From positions 1-64,000 of IMG/VR virus record IMGVR_UViG_3300031227_000023: DNA of 64,000 bases; one strand, 5' to 3'. Shown piece by piece: positions 1 to 10,772 of the stretch. Numbering within the stretch: the first letter of the stretch is position 1; every line of letters starts with the position of its first letter. The notes beneath the pieces are model-generated. The model saw nothing but the letters and a program-made list of their open reading frames with translations, was not told the origin of the DNA and ran no database searches. A program made the translations under genes and the position numbers. Source of the stretch: a virus.

Positions 1-386
1 CAAACCGCTGCCCGCAGAACAACCAAGCACACACCGAACAGCACCTTGTTCCGCCATCCACGCAATATGTACATTGCTCGATCCCACGCAGCAGGCCACA
101 CACAGAACGATTAAAACAACAACACACGACACATCACACACGTTTAAAATTAAAGGGTCTTAAATCGTAAGTTCCTAATCGCACGGGCTTCTGATTTTTT
201 GACGCATCGGGGGTTGTCCAATCTTTTCATTGTTCACTTCAAGCCGCCAAGCCCGCAACAAGAATAAACCATCCAAGGGGTTCACGGCACGGGCGGGGAA
301 CGGGCACGTTGCATGTCGATCACCTTCCTGATCCAAAGATGGAAACCACAGGGCACACCGCGTGCACCGTGCAAATCAATCAGTCA

Positions 387-1310
387 TCATTCCGGGGCAG
401 TATCCAATTGGCCGGACGGCAGCAGCAGCCCTTCCACCCGGCACGCAATCTTCAGCCCGGCAATGATGCCCTTGTAATGCGCAGCCTGCGTGTAATCCTC
501 ATCTTGATCCGCCTGCTTGGCAAACGATTCCGCAAGCCTGACCTGTTCCCACGCTTCCTTGAACGCCATCATGTTGCGTCGTGGGGCAGCCGCTTTCTTC
601 CCGGCCTTGGCGTCCTGCACGGTCCTGTCCGTCTGCGCCCGCTTGGTTTCCGGTGACTTGCCACCCGCACGTTTCGGGGCAGCCTTGGCATTGCCGGTGC
701 CGGTCTGAACCACGCGCCCCAATTCCGCTTCCAGCAACTTGCCCTGATCAGCCACCGTGCCTGCGGCCTTGGCAATATCGAACGCGGCAGCGAACGGAAG
801 CATACCAGCAGCCAGTGCCTTCTTCACTGCCGGTGACGCACCCTTGGCCACGGTCAAATTCCGGGAAACGGTTGACGGGTTGCAGCCGAACTTGGTTGCG
901 ATTTCTTTTTGTTCCCACCCGTAGTTGCGCAGGCGCAGCCACGCTTCTGCCAATTCAGCCGCGTTCAGCCGCTTGGAATCGTTTGCCGCAATGGCGTTGG
1001 CCAACCGCTGATCCTGACTGATACCGCGCCCCTCGAAAATCGCGGGCACCTCACGCATGTCGTGGCCCTGTTCGATCAACACCATGCACGCCCGCAGTCT
1101 GCGTTCACCGTCCACCAAATAAATCTTGCCGCCTTCGTTGCGAACCGCCAACGGGTTCAGCAGCCCGTTGTTCAGGATGTTCTGTGCAAGCTGATTGATG
1201 TCACCAAAATCACTGCGGGGGTTCCACCCGGCTTCCACGATCACGGCACGCGGGTCAACTTTACTACCTTCAAACCTGCCCACAACGCCGTCGGCCTTTA
1301 CTAATCCCAT
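387..1310 (-). CDS. ParB/RepB/Spo0J-family protein
   Basis: NPR..F and YLVDGERRLRA ParB-N motifs followed by an HTH (QKEIATKFGCNPSTVSRNL); SD AAGGAG upstream. Confidence 0.9.
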   Translation of the reverse strand: MGLVKADGVVGRFEGSKVDPRAVIVEAGWNPRSDFGDINQLAQNILNNGLLNPLAVRNEGGKIYLVDGERRLRACMVLIEQGHDMREVPAIFEGRGISQDQRLANAIAANDSKRLNAAELAEAWLRLRNYGWEQKEIATKFGCNPSTVSRNLTVAKGASPAVKKALAAGMLPFAAAFDIAKAAGTVADQGKLLEAELGRVVQTGTGNAKAAPKRAGGKSPETKRAQTDRTVQDAKAGKKAAAPRRNMMAFKEAWEQVRLAESFAKQADQDEDYTQAAHYKGIIAGLKIACRVEGLLLPSGQLDTAPE

Positions 1311-1376
1311 TTTGCTTGCTCCTTCTTTCCATCGGTTGGTTGTCTGTTGCGCCTGTCATGCGCCAAATCCACTTGC

Positions 1377-1413
1377 ACAATACCACGCACGGGAACTATT
1401 GCAAGAAAAAAAT
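1377..1413 (-). promoter_or_regulatory. Putative sigma70-type promoter for the parB-like gene
   Basis: Minus strand TTGCAA-N16-TATTGT with a TGn extension and an upstream T-tract; the 16-mer at 1398-1413 is identical to 16741-16756. Confidence 0.5.
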
Positions 1414-1419
1414 TACACT

Positions 1420-2418
1420 TTATTCATTTGGCTTCCAGAAGGCAGGGAATTGTTCAATGCGTTCCCCGTTCAACACATTGCCAGCACGCTTTTTTCCCAC
1501 TTTCACATACCGGACACCACCAACCTGTTCCACATATGAACTGCGCCCGGCAATAGCTTCACCTTCACCAATATCATAAACCGGACCCCACGCACCCCAC
1601 TGTTTGAAATACGCAGGCACCGGACCACCCCAAAATTCACGCTGCGCTTCATTAACCACAGCCTGCAACCAATCCTTCTGCATGATCCGGGCTTTGTTCC
1701 CTGATTCCCCGCCAACAACGATCCAATCAAGCAGCCGCTTCATGTGGCCAAACCGCAACAGGCCCAACAGCGGTTCAACACTGACCCACCGTTTGTATGC
1801 AGGGATTGATTCAAGCCAATAAACACGTTTATCAAACTGTGCCTGATTTTCAGCGGTGATCCCAACCCACACGTTGCGCAACGGCCACACCTGCCCCAAC
1901 TCCCCACAACAGCCCCACCCTGCCCGCAGCTTGGCCTGTGACGCCTGCGGCAACATGGCAACATACCTGCGCCCTGCATGCTCCAACGCTTCAAAGGAAC
2001 CGCGTTCTGTTCCGTCCAACCCTGCGGTCAAAATCCTGCGCATCGAACGCAACAACTGCCCCGGCCTCTTGGTAAGCACCAAATACGTGTGCTGTGGAGT
2101 TGCCGCCATCACCTGCCACATTGCAGCAACCATTTCATAGGGCATGTCTTTGTGCCCGATGTCGCCCATGGAAATGGGAAACACTAAATGCGGCTTTGTC
2201 CAATACAGCGGTTCATCTAACCGTTCCGGGTGCAGGGTGAAATCAAACGGTGCCTGCTTGTCATACCCCTTCACCCCCATTGCTGCCAGCCGCTTGGCCA
2301 TCCGTTCTGCCCAACAGTTTGCACACGCAGGGCTGATCTCGTCGCACCCATGCGCTGTGTTCCACGTCGCACCGACATACCCAGCCTTCTGCAACCATTC
2401 AATCTTGCTTCTGCCCAT
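1420..2418 (-). CDS. DUF5131 / phage Gp37-Gp68 family protein (three-Cys motif)
   Basis: SKIEW...[55 protein letters not shown]; start chosen at the ATG after GGAGGTG. Confidence 0.92.
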   Translation of the reverse strand: MGRSKIEWLQKAGYVGATWNTAHGCDEISPACANCWAERMAKRLAAMGVKGYDKQAPFDFTLHPERLDEPLYWTKPHLVFPISMGDIGHKDMPYEMVAAMWQVMAATPQHTYLVLTKRPGQLLRSMRRILTAGLDGTERGSFEALEHAGRRYVAMLPQASQAKLRAGWGCCGELGQVWPLRNVWVGITAENQAQFDKRVYWLESIPAYKRWVSVEPLLGLLRFGHMKRLLDWIVVGGESGNKARIMQKDWLQAVVNEAQREFWGGPVPAYFKQWGAWGPVYDIGEGEAIAGRSSYVEQVGGVRYVKVGKKRAGNVLNGERIEQFPAFWKPNE

Positions 2419-2878
2419 TGTCTTCACCTCCCACAATTGGTCTGTCATTTAAATCTTCATCGTACCGTTCGTGAATATCACTACACGTGCGACTTTCAAT
2501 TTGCCGGATACGTTCACGAGTAACTGCTATACTGTCACCAACAGCTTCAAGAGTTTCCCCGCCACCGTCGCAAACATCCAACGCACAGCACCGGACCAAT
2601 TCCCACGGCATCAGTTCCGGGTGGTTGTATACGATGTGGCCGGTGGGGTTCACGTCCAAATACAAGTGCCACTTGCACCCCACCCACGGGCACATGTCGG
2701 GCTTCTGCCCATAAGGCACTTCACATTCCCCGCGTGTCTGTGGTCTGATCTGATCGAGCAGCGGCAACAATTCCTGCACTTCAGGGTCTTCCTTCAAACT
2801 ATCAGCCCAACGGTTCAATTCCTGCCGCAACAGGGCACGCTTCTTTTTTGGTCGTTTGCGTCTGCCCGTCACAGTCAT
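2399..2878 (-). CDS. Sigma70 region-4-like HTH DNA-binding protein with Cys/His-rich N-terminal part
   Basis: [20 protein letters not shown] is a classic sigma region 4.2; preceded by [22 protein letters not shown]. Confidence 0.8.
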   Translation of the reverse strand: MTVTGRRKRPKKKRALLRQELNRWADSLKEDPEVQELLPLLDQIRPQTRGECEVPYGQKPDMCPWVGCKWHLYLDVNPTGHIVYNHPELMPWELVRCCALDVCDGGGETLEAVGDSIAVTRERIRQIESRTCSDIHERYDEDLNDRPIVGGEDNGQKQD

Positions 2879-2879
2879 T

Positions 2880-3335
2880 TCACCCCCGCGCCCTTCCGGT
2901 CTTGTCGAGAATATCACTGTCATCTGACCGCACCATTTCCCCTGCGATAAAATGCCGCATGCTGTCTGCAAGCGCAGGCAACGGTTCTTTGCCATCACCC
3001 ATCCGCACCTTCCCCCCGCCTTCCTGCGCCACAAATACCATCATCATGGAACAGATCCGCACCCACAACCGCTGTTCAAATTCTGCCTTGCTTTCCCCTG
3101 CATTACACACAGACTGCCAACCACCGTTGTGAAATCCCATGTGGCACCCGTGACACATTGGCACCACCTGAAAATCATGTGATTTGGTGGACACCCCCCG
3201 GCTGCCGTGGTGGTGAAGTTCAGTGGTGCCCCTGTCACAGATCACGCACGTACGCATTTCAGATTTCAACCACTTCAAATACAAGCTGCACTTCTGCCGC
3301 TTTTCTAGCTTGGGTATTGGTGGCCCGCCTGTCAT
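2880..3335 (-). CDS. HNH-like/DUF968-type zinc-binding putative nuclease
   Basis: YLKWL...CVIC...HH...G...[12 protein letters not shown]. Confidence 0.7.
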   Translation of the reverse strand: MTGGPPIPKLEKRQKCSLYLKWLKSEMRTCVICDRGTTELHHHGSRGVSTKSHDFQVVPMCHGCHMGFHNGGWQSVCNAGESKAEFEQRLWVRICSMMMVFVAQEGGGKVRMGDGKEPLPALADSMRHFIAGEMVRSDDSDILDKTGRARG

Positions 3336-4009
3336 GCCAGCCCCACTTCCACAACACCGCCTTCTGCCATGCGCACGCCAAGCTGCATGGCCTGCTGCAA
3401 CACATCATCAGCACCAACCGGAACCGTTGCCACCCCTTCTTCTTCAAGCACCTGCGGCCCTGTCTGATACTGATACCCAAAAAATAATTCATCACGCCCT
3501 TCCACACGCCACGTGAACCGGCACGCACGCACAACCGGATCTTCCTTGTGTTCATGCGCATGGTACAAGGCACCCCACAAATTCAATTCACGCGCCGGGT
3601 CTTCATCACCGCTTTCCACAGACCCAAGATAATTGTTGACAACGTATTGCAGCCCACGCGGCAGATCCCACCCGAACATCTGCGCATATTCACTGGCAAG
3701 ACCAACAGCAACAAGTGCCATCCAATCACGCCACGCATCAGACGTGATCCGTTCCCCAACAATTGCATCCCCAATAACAGGGTGCTGCAACACCCCCTTC
3801 ATTGATTCCATGGCACCCTGCCACAACTGATCACCCAACCGGTGCAAGTGTGTCCTGAAATGCACAGCCCATTGGCCCTGATCAACACTGGCCAAATCCA
3901 TCTTCACAGAACCGGGAACAACCACCCCCAGGAACCGTTCAGGAAACGCTTCATGAATTCCCCTTGCTGCCCTTATCAAGTCTGCCTGTTCCATTGTCAT
4001 TGCCCGCAC
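3332..4009 (-). CDS. Hypothetical phage protein
   Basis: 225-aa ORF with start/stop overlap to the next gene. Confidence 0.65.
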   Translation of the reverse strand: MRAMTMEQADLIRAARGIHEAFPERFLGVVVPGSVKMDLASVDQGQWAVHFRTHLHRLGDQLWQGAMESMKGVLQHPVIGDAIVGERITSDAWRDWMALVAVGLASEYAQMFGWDLPRGLQYVVNNYLGSVESGDEDPARELNLWGALYHAHEHKEDPVVRACRFTWRVEGRDELFFGYQYQTGPQVLEEEGVATVPVGADDVLQQAMQLGVRMAEGGVVEVGLA

Positions 4010-4114
4010 CCTTTCATCAGCAAAATTACAATCAATTCAACCACAGCGACGGCACCCGCACCGAACGCTGCTGCCCTGTACCATTTGGCCCGTTCCCGCC
4101 ATTTCAACGCAGGA

Positions 4115-4822
4115 TCACGCCAAGTCTGCTTCATGTCTGAACGCACGCACAACCGCCTTGTTTGCTGTAATCACGCCACGCGCCCGCACACCACCTGTTG
4201 TCAAAAACTTTTCCATCCACTCTTCATCGCACATGATCCATTCTGGATACACACGGGTTTCTTGATTGTTCATGTCAAACGCCAACCCATTCTTCCTGAT
4301 CTTCACAAGCCGTGGTGGCAACCCATCACCAACAACTTCCCCACCTTCCATTGCCCCGGCAATCTCCACCGGGTTGCCGATTGGATTCCAATTAAATGGC
4401 ATCCTGAAATAGTGCCCATCACGGTGCTGATCTTCAACGGTACGGACCACACCGCACGGGCCATAATCCAACCACCCGATCAGCACCCGCGCACCATTTG
4501 GTGCAGTGAAAACCGTGCGCTGCCGCTTCATTGAACTTGTTGCCATCTGAAACCCGATCCTTGTACACATTGGATTTGTATTCCAACCAAACCCATTCCC
4601 GTTGTTGATACTATCCCACAAAGTTTTATACTCTGCAAGATTGCCCATGCCTTCCAGTAGGGCTTCACCATCAGTCATGCCTTCCAGCATTGTTGCATCT
4701 AAGCAAATCAAATCCAGCCAATACGCAGCAGGCACACGTTGGCCGGAGTAAATGACATCCCCTTGCCCAGACTTAACAGCGGCAACACACCACGCATTAG
4801 TCACCCCCCGGCAAAGTTGCAA
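4115..4822 (-). CDS. Hypothetical protein; N-terminal part resembles the C-terminal half of phage ASCH-like proteins
   Basis: MTDGEALLEG...YKTLWDSIN...WNTNPMCTRIGF pattern; start uncertain. Confidence 0.5.
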   Translation of the reverse strand: MQLCRGVTNAWCVAAVKSGQGDVIYSGQRVPAAYWLDLICLDATMLEGMTDGEALLEGMGNLAEYKTLWDSINNGNGFGWNTNPMCTRIGFQMATSSMKRQRTVFTAPNGARVLIGWLDYGPCGVVRTVEDQHRDGHYFRMPFNWNPIGNPVEIAGAMEGGEVVGDGLPPRLVKIRKNGLAFDMNNQETRVYPEWIMCDEEWMEKFLTTGGVRARGVITANKAVVRAFRHEADLA

Positions 4823-5522
4823 GCGGCAACTGCGCTTGCCGTTCCTGTTGTTCCCGCCTCATGCCAATGATTATTGTCTGCACCCCGTGCCCCTTATCCA
4901 GCAACTTCGCATCCCAAGCCATGTTGCCAGCATCAGCAACACCGCTGTGGTTATTCTTACATTTGCCCGGCTTCAGGTTCAACCCCGGCAGCAACGCCTT
5001 TGCCCCTGCAATGCTGCGTTCCTTCGGATCTTTGTGCTTGAAAAATTGGGCAAGCACTTCCTTTTGCCAAGCCTTGGGATTCTTCAGATGCACAGTGACA
5101 CCGCCCTGCAAAAACGCAAGCATGGCAAATGCTGCTTCCCACAACGCCTGACTGCGCCCGATGGCATATGAACTTGTGATGCCCTTGCGTGCAAACATCA
5201 ATTCTTTTTTCGGATCTATCTCCCTGCGTGGCACAGCAGGCTGCCCCTTTTCCATCACCACAACGATCCGATCAGCCAACCCACACACGCGGCTTGCAAG
5301 TTCTGCCATCAAGATCAGATCAAACACCACCTGCCTTGTTTCCCCCTTGAACATCCCACGTGATGCTTCCAGTGTGGTGGGCTTCCGTTGTTTTTTCACA
5401 ATCTTGGTTGGCATCCGTTCAGCAAGCAGCACGTTGCCATCCTTATCAATGACAACAACGGCACCATCTGTTCCGATGTCCACCCCAACGTATGCAACCT
5501 TGATATTGTTTCCCATATTCAC
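4797..5522 (-). CDS. RuvC-like Holliday junction resolvase
   Basis: YVGVDIGTDGAVV, VVMEK, P.AWQK, HSGVADA (RNase H-fold catalytic D/E/D). Confidence 0.8.
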   Translation of the reverse strand: MNMGNNIKVAYVGVDIGTDGAVVVIDKDGNVLLAERMPTKIVKKQRKPTTLEASRGMFKGETRQVVFDLILMAELASRVCGLADRIVVVMEKGQPAVPRREIDPKKELMFARKGITSSYAIGRSQALWEAAFAMLAFLQGGVTVHLKNPKAWQKEVLAQFFKHKDPKERSIAGAKALLPGLNLKPGKCKNNHSGVADAGNMAWDAKLLDKGHGVQTIIIGMRREQQERQAQLPLATLPGGD

Positions 5523-5558
5523 CCCACTTGGTTATGGTTCGCATTGCAGCAGACATTT

Positions 5559-8087
5559 TTATTCACTTTCCACCTCGTCATCCGTAGATTTGGGCCCGAA
5601 ATATGCCATCAGTTCCCTTGTGCTCTGGCGCATACTCTCTACTTCCTCATCACTACCAACCCAGTCTTTGGATTCATCGTCTTTGCTGTCTTCTTTTGTT
5701 TCTGGATCATCCGTCAAGGTGTCGAAAATGCTCGCCTGATCTCCACTCGTTGACGCCTCTTGAAGATTGATACACGCACGGTCAAAATACGAATCCTTCA
5801 ATTCGATTCCAACAAACCGCCTTCCTTGCTTCAATGCCCCGTACCCTTCGGAACCGATCCCAGCGAACGGGGAGAAAACCAAGTCATTCTCGTTTGTCCA
5901 CATGTGAACCGCCCGCTCGATCACGTCGAGTTGCAACGGACACACATGCTTCTCGTCTTTCTCATCCCGTCCGAGTGCTCTGTTCAACACGTTACCCTGC
6001 CTGATGTCCATCCACACCGGACTCGCGTACCGTTGCCACACCTTGATGCTGTACCCGCGCTTGTCCATGAGTCGGCGTGGCACATCGTCATCCTCGACCA
6101 GTTGCGTATCAAATCCGATGCTGTGCTTGCGAGTTTCGACTGCGGAGTGCTTACTCGGCTCATCTTCTCCAACATAATGATCGAACCTTGCCGTATTGGA
6201 TTCGCCACACACGGGGGACACCACTTCGGCGCATCCGTCCAAGTCATCACGCTTACGGAAAACCACGAGGTGATCAGGGTTGCCTTGCCTGCTAATTGTT
6301 GAATCCTTGCACACCTGCTTATGGAGCAACCCGATTGTTTTTGTCCGTTGCATCTCGACAACCGGGTCTTTCCAGATAACAACCTCGGAATGGAACACAA
6401 ACCCGGCATCCCCGAATGCGCGGATAATGTCACCGCGAAAATCATACAGCCCTGTGAATCCCGTCTTGTACTTGAACAGCGGGATATTGATACAATGCAC
6501 AGCGACCAATCGGCCCGGACGGGTGACGCGCAAGAGTTCTGGAATCAGCATAGAGAAGTGCTCGAAGAACTTCTCATCGCTGGCGCTGTTCCCCATGTCC
6601 CTTGCGCTGTTGCTGTACACGTACAACTGGGAGAACGGCGGGGAAAAGATCGTGAAGTCAACCGAGTTATCCACGACCTTCTTTGTTTCCTCGATGCAGT
6701 CCCCTTTTATCATCTCCCACCCGTTGCCGGTGATAGTCTGCTGATCATAATCCAAGGCCAATCCCCTTTCTCCTGTGATTCCAAATTGGAAGTTTTCGTA
6801 CATACTGCGGCCCATCTCGTCATGCTTCGCGGCCTTGACCATTACGTTGTCGTATATCTGTTGTTCGGCCTCTGACATCACTGTATGGACGTGAACCTCA
6901 TGCTCTTGACCAAACCGCCAGTTACGGCGAACGGCTTGGTAATACGCCTCATACGAGTATGACATCCCGATGAAAGCGGCTTGATGACAGTGCTGCCAGT
7001 TCATGCCGAACCCAGCTATTTTGGGCTTTGTTATGAGCACCCGGAATTCACCGGCAACGAACCCCATCAACTTGGATTCTTTGATGTCCGGCCTGTCGTT
7101 TCCACGCACCTCGACAGCCTCTGGTATTGCCAACCGCAGCTCGTCGGCCTCGTAATTTGTATGGCACCACACCACCCACGATCCCGTTGAATCGTTAACG
7201 ATCCTTGCAACCTCTTGTGCCCTTGACGGAGCGGTCACTCGCATCACCTTGTGCACGGTTGTCGCTGATGCTGTCGGGCTGTAAAACATCTCGCCAATCT
7301 CAGAACCTAACGCTTCATAGTCGGCGCGAATGACGTGACGGTGCTGATGGAGTTTGGGCAAAACAAACCCATCGTCGGAGTGCCCAAGGTCGGAAGGCTG
7401 GCGAATGCACACCGCCCAACTGGAAACCCATGACCAAAACGGCTGCACCGCGTGGTGTTTGATTCTCCACACCGATGTCTGCCCGCTGTCATGTAAAAAC
7501 CACCGTGAGAGCATTTCGGTTCTGGGCATGATGCCAAGGAAATCGCTATGGTTCCCGAGTTCAACGTGATCGTTCGGCGCAGGCGTGGCCGTGCAACAAA
7601 GACGGAACGGAGTTTGATCAAAATAATCACAGAGCAACTGTTTTGTTTTGCCCATAAATGACTTCAGGATGCTCGATTCGTCGAGGACAACACCACCGAA
7701 CACGGACGGATCAAACTTCTCGATGCGCTCATAGTTTGTGATGTTGATCCCGGCCACAACTTCACTTCCATCACGAACCACTGAGCATTCGATTCCGAAC
7801 TTCTCGCCCTCGCGCTTCGTCTGTTGACTGACGGCCAGCGGTGCTAGGATCAAAACAGGCATCCCAGTGTATTCAACAACATGGCGAGCCCACTCAAGTT
7901 GCACAGGCGTCTTGCCAAGCCCACACTCCGCAAAAATCGCACACCGCCCCAACTTCAATGCCCACTGAACAATATCAACCTGGAACGGAAATAACATCTT
8001 GTTGATGCCATTCCTTTCAACATGGAATCCACTATCTTCCATGCGTTCCATTTTGTTCACCAAAAAATCTAAATACTTTTTGCCCAT
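5559..8087 (-). CDS. SNF2-like helicase fused to an N4/N6 DNA methyltransferase
   Basis: FAECGLGKT, LDESS, TATP, GFGMNWQ, QAVRRNWRFGQ helicase motifs; then GDC, FSPPF (motif IV), HVCPLQ, VFSPFAGIGS (motif I), GIELK. Confidence 0.92.
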   Translation of the reverse strand: MGKKYLDFLVNKMERMEDSGFHVERNGINKMLFPFQVDIVQWALKLGRCAIFAECGLGKTPVQLEWARHVVEYTGMPVLILAPLAVSQQTKREGEKFGIECSVVRDGSEVVAGINITNYERIEKFDPSVFGGVVLDESSILKSFMGKTKQLLCDYFDQTPFRLCCTATPAPNDHVELGNHSDFLGIMPRTEMLSRWFLHDSGQTSVWRIKHHAVQPFWSWVSSWAVCIRQPSDLGHSDDGFVLPKLHQHRHVIRADYEALGSEIGEMFYSPTASATTVHKVMRVTAPSRAQEVARIVNDSTGSWVVWCHTNYEADELRLAIPEAVEVRGNDRPDIKESKLMGFVAGEFRVLITKPKIAGFGMNWQHCHQAAFIGMSYSYEAYYQAVRRNWRFGQEHEVHVHTVMSEAEQQIYDNVMVKAAKHDEMGRSMYENFQFGITGERGLALDYDQQTITGNGWEMIKGDCIEETKKVVDNSVDFTIFSPPFSQLYVYSNSARDMGNSASDEKFFEHFSMLIPELLRVTRPGRLVAVHCINIPLFKYKTGFTGLYDFRGDIIRAFGDAGFVFHSEVVIWKDPVVEMQRTKTIGLLHKQVCKDSTISRQGNPDHLVVFRKRDDLDGCAEVVSPVCGESNTARFDHYVGEDEPSKHSAVETRKHSIGFDTQLVEDDDVPRRLMDKRGYSIKVWQRYASPVWMDIRQGNVLNRALGRDEKDEKHVCPLQLDVIERAVHMWTNENDLVFSPFAGIGSEGYGALKQGRRFVGIELKDSYFDRACINLQEASTSGDQASIFDTLTDDPETKEDSKDDESKDWVGSDEEVESMRQSTRELMAYFGPKSTDDEVESE

Positions 8088-8109
8088 CAAACCACCCCGT
8101 TTTTCAAAA

Positions 8110-8694
8110 TCAATCTTCATCCAGCGGCAACTCCTCTTGACCAATAGCAGGCATCGTGTCCCACCGTTTCAAGATCAGTTTCACGTCACCGGCCTTGGCC
8201 TTGCCCTGTTGAATCTTCTTGACCAACGCTGCCAACTCCTCATGCGCACCCGCAGGCACCAACGCAGGGTCAACCGTTGGCGTCCATTCTGCAATCAGGG
8301 CTTCCAAAAACTGCCCGGCCCAATCACTCTTCAGGCCATGCATGTGCTTGAACGTCTTGGCAGCGAAGTCAAACATCGGCTTGAAATCTTCAGGAACGTT
8401 CAGAGAGATTGTGACATACCCCTCTTTTTTCCCCTTAGCACCATCGGCAATTCCGCCTTCAACCCCGGTGGTTGGTGGCCACATCGCATCAGCAAAAAGC
8501 TGCTTCTGCATCCCTGCTTCCACAGCAATTTCAGCCACGCCCGCGTTCCGAATCTTCATCGTGTTGTCACAGCCTTCAGCCGCACAGCCATACAGCATGG
8601 TTCCACCCGCTGTTTTCCTGTACTCGAACACCATGCTGCCGCACCGGCACACTGGCATTTTACCAACAACAGTTTCCACTTTCTTTTTCGGCAT
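8110..8694 (-). CDS. Hypothetical protein with N-terminal zinc ribbon
   Basis: CRCG...YGCAAEGC; SD AAGGAAGG upstream. Confidence 0.65.
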   Translation of the reverse strand: MPKKKVETVVGKMPVCRCGSMVFEYRKTAGGTMLYGCAAEGCDNTMKIRNAGVAEIAVEAGMQKQLFADAMWPPTTGVEGGIADGAKGKKEGYVTISLNVPEDFKPMFDFAAKTFKHMHGLKSDWAGQFLEALIAEWTPTVDPALVPAGAHEELAALVKKIQQGKAKAGDVKLILKRWDTMPAIGQEELPLDED

Positions 8695-8714
8695 CGTTCA
8701 TTCCTTCCTTGCTG

Positions 8715-10772
8715 TTACTTGTTCCAAAATGGTTCATCCTTGTCATCAAACAACTTATCTTGCGCCTTGTTCGGTGGTGGCAATTCCGCATCAGCAAGGC
8801 TGCCTTCTTCAACCTGCGGCGCTTCCACCACAGGGATATAGTTCAACTCGTACCGGTTGAAATGCAGCGGCACGGAACCCTCAGTGCCGTCTTCATGCCT
8901 ACACTTCAGCAAAGTGGCAGTGGCAGGCAACCGCGTTTCTTCTGCTTCAACCTCCCTGTGTTCGTTGCGTGGCCTTGATATACGCCACACGTTGTCTGCA
9001 TATTTTTTAAATTCACTACTGCCCATCAAATCGTTCAGATCGGGCATGATTTCCACACCGTTTTTTCCATAGCGTAATTTCGTGGGATGCACCACCAACA
9101 CGATATGCACGCCCGTATCTTTGGTCAATTGCTTTAACTGCTTCACCCTGCGAGAAATCGTTTCCCGTTCTTCATTGTCAACGATCCAATGGAAATGGTC
9201 CAACACCACCATCCACAGCCCGTACCTGCGCACGCCCCATTCAATCGAATCCATCAGCCCATCAAATGTACTTTGATCGGACCATTCCCCCATGCCAAAC
9301 ATGGGAAGCCGGGCAACATCATCAAAATATTGCTCCGCTTCTTCCCGTCGCATCTTGGCCGTGGGTTTAAGCCCTTGCATGTTCACCAACACCCGCACGG
9401 TTGCCGCCATCCCATCTTCAAACGCACCGACCAAAACAGAACGGTGCTGATGCTCAACAATCTTGGCAACGCGCAGGGCCAGCCATTTGCACCATGTGCT
9501 TTTACCGCTGCCCGTGTCACCGGTAACAATGGTCAGTTCCCCATCGCGCATCCCGCCCCACAGCCGATCAACGGGCACGCTATCAAGTTTCACACACGGG
9601 GTGCCGCCCGGATTCCACACCTGCCACAACTGTTCTTTGTACGCAGAAAACGGCTGCACCGCATTGACCGCGAACGAAGTTGCAGCCTGCAACCGCCCGT
9701 CAACCGTTTCCTTTGACACGCCCAGTTCCAAGCACTTGTTGGCATCCTTGTGCGGCAACTGCACCCGTGCGCACCGGTGCTTGCCCAACACGCTGGCAAT
9801 CGCTTCTGCCGCTTCATCACCGGGTTCATCCATATCCATGCAGATCAGCACCGAATCAAACGCAGCGAGCTGTTCCCTGAATTCCGCTACATGATCAGCG
9901 GCAGCAGGTGCCCCGGTGGTCAACGAACAAACCACGTGATGCCCATACTGCCACATGCTAACTGCATCCAATTCGCTTTCACAAATCACAACCTGATCTG
10001 TTCTGCCATCAGCATCAGCACCGATGGCATCCAACCCGTACAGCACAGACCGGCACCCGGCTTCACGTTCAAACCGCTTCCCTTCAACACTGCGGTACTT
10101 CACCAACCACGCCTGCCCATCCCACGTCACAGGCACCGCTGCAAAGGCAATCACTTCAACCGGATCACCAAACGTTTCACCGCACTTCCCGCACATGCCC
10201 GGTGCAGACACCCGTGGCCCGCGTTTGGTTTCCACCATACCGCAGCCGCACTTCCACACCGCACGTTCGGTGAACCCCAACCGCCAATATTTAATTGTTT
10301 CATCTGTGAAACCACGCTTGCGCAAATATTCAAGCACAACCTTGCCACGCGGCTTCCACAGTTCTGCTTCCATCGCTGTAATCAACCGCATGTCAAGCGG
10401 CTTGTGGGCTTCTGTATCGCTCGCATGCCCGCCACGCCGCACACGTTCCTGATCACGCAACACAGTGCCCTGCCTAGTAGCAAATGTTGGCCCTGCATTG
10501 ATTGGCTTAAAAGCCTGATCCAACACACCCATCAACCGCTTCAAGTGAAACAGATTGCCGGATGTCCCACACTTCAGACAATTCCACAACCCCGAATTTT
10601 CAGCAATTGAAAACTTCCGTTCACCTTTCTGCTTCTGTTCGTACCCACAGCACGGGGCACGGTCCAACACAAACTGCCTGCCCCGGCTGCTTGAATTAAA
10701 AGTTTCAACAACCTTGCAGCCACCCTGATCAAACGCAGCCTGCACTTCATCCGGTGTCACTTCCCTTACCAT
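8715..10772 (-). CDS. DNA primase-helicase (T7 gp4/Twinkle-like)
   Basis: N-terminal Zn finger, YLRKRG, TOPRIM (ICESELDAVS, DMDEPG, KDAN) and DnaB-like helicase (GDTGSGKST, VVLDH, LVVHP, GSSEFKKYADN). Confidence 0.93.
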   Translation of the reverse strand: MVREVTPDEVQAAFDQGGCKVVETFNSSSRGRQFVLDRAPCCGYEQKQKGERKFSIAENSGLWNCLKCGTSGNLFHLKRLMGVLDQAFKPINAGPTFATRQGTVLRDQERVRRGGHASDTEAHKPLDMRLITAMEAELWKPRGKVVLEYLRKRGFTDETIKYWRLGFTERAVWKCGCGMVETKRGPRVSAPGMCGKCGETFGDPVEVIAFAAVPVTWDGQAWLVKYRSVEGKRFEREAGCRSVLYGLDAIGADADGRTDQVVICESELDAVSMWQYGHHVVCSLTTGAPAAADHVAEFREQLAAFDSVLICMDMDEPGDEAAEAIASVLGKHRCARVQLPHKDANKCLELGVSKETVDGRLQAATSFAVNAVQPFSAYKEQLWQVWNPGGTPCVKLDSVPVDRLWGGMRDGELTIVTGDTGSGKSTWCKWLALRVAKIVEHQHRSVLVGAFEDGMAATVRVLVNMQGLKPTAKMRREEAEQYFDDVARLPMFGMGEWSDQSTFDGLMDSIEWGVRRYGLWMVVLDHFHWIVDNEERETISRRVKQLKQLTKDTGVHIVLVVHPTKLRYGKNGVEIMPDLNDLMGSSEFKKYADNVWRISRPRNEHREVEAEETRLPATATLLKCRHEDGTEGSVPLHFNRYELNYIPVVEAPQVEEGSLADAELPPPNKAQDKLFDDKDEPFWNK

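Noticed and set aside
1-386. Possible gene or RNA at the left edge
   Set aside because: No recognisable motif, and the context is truncated by the window boundary
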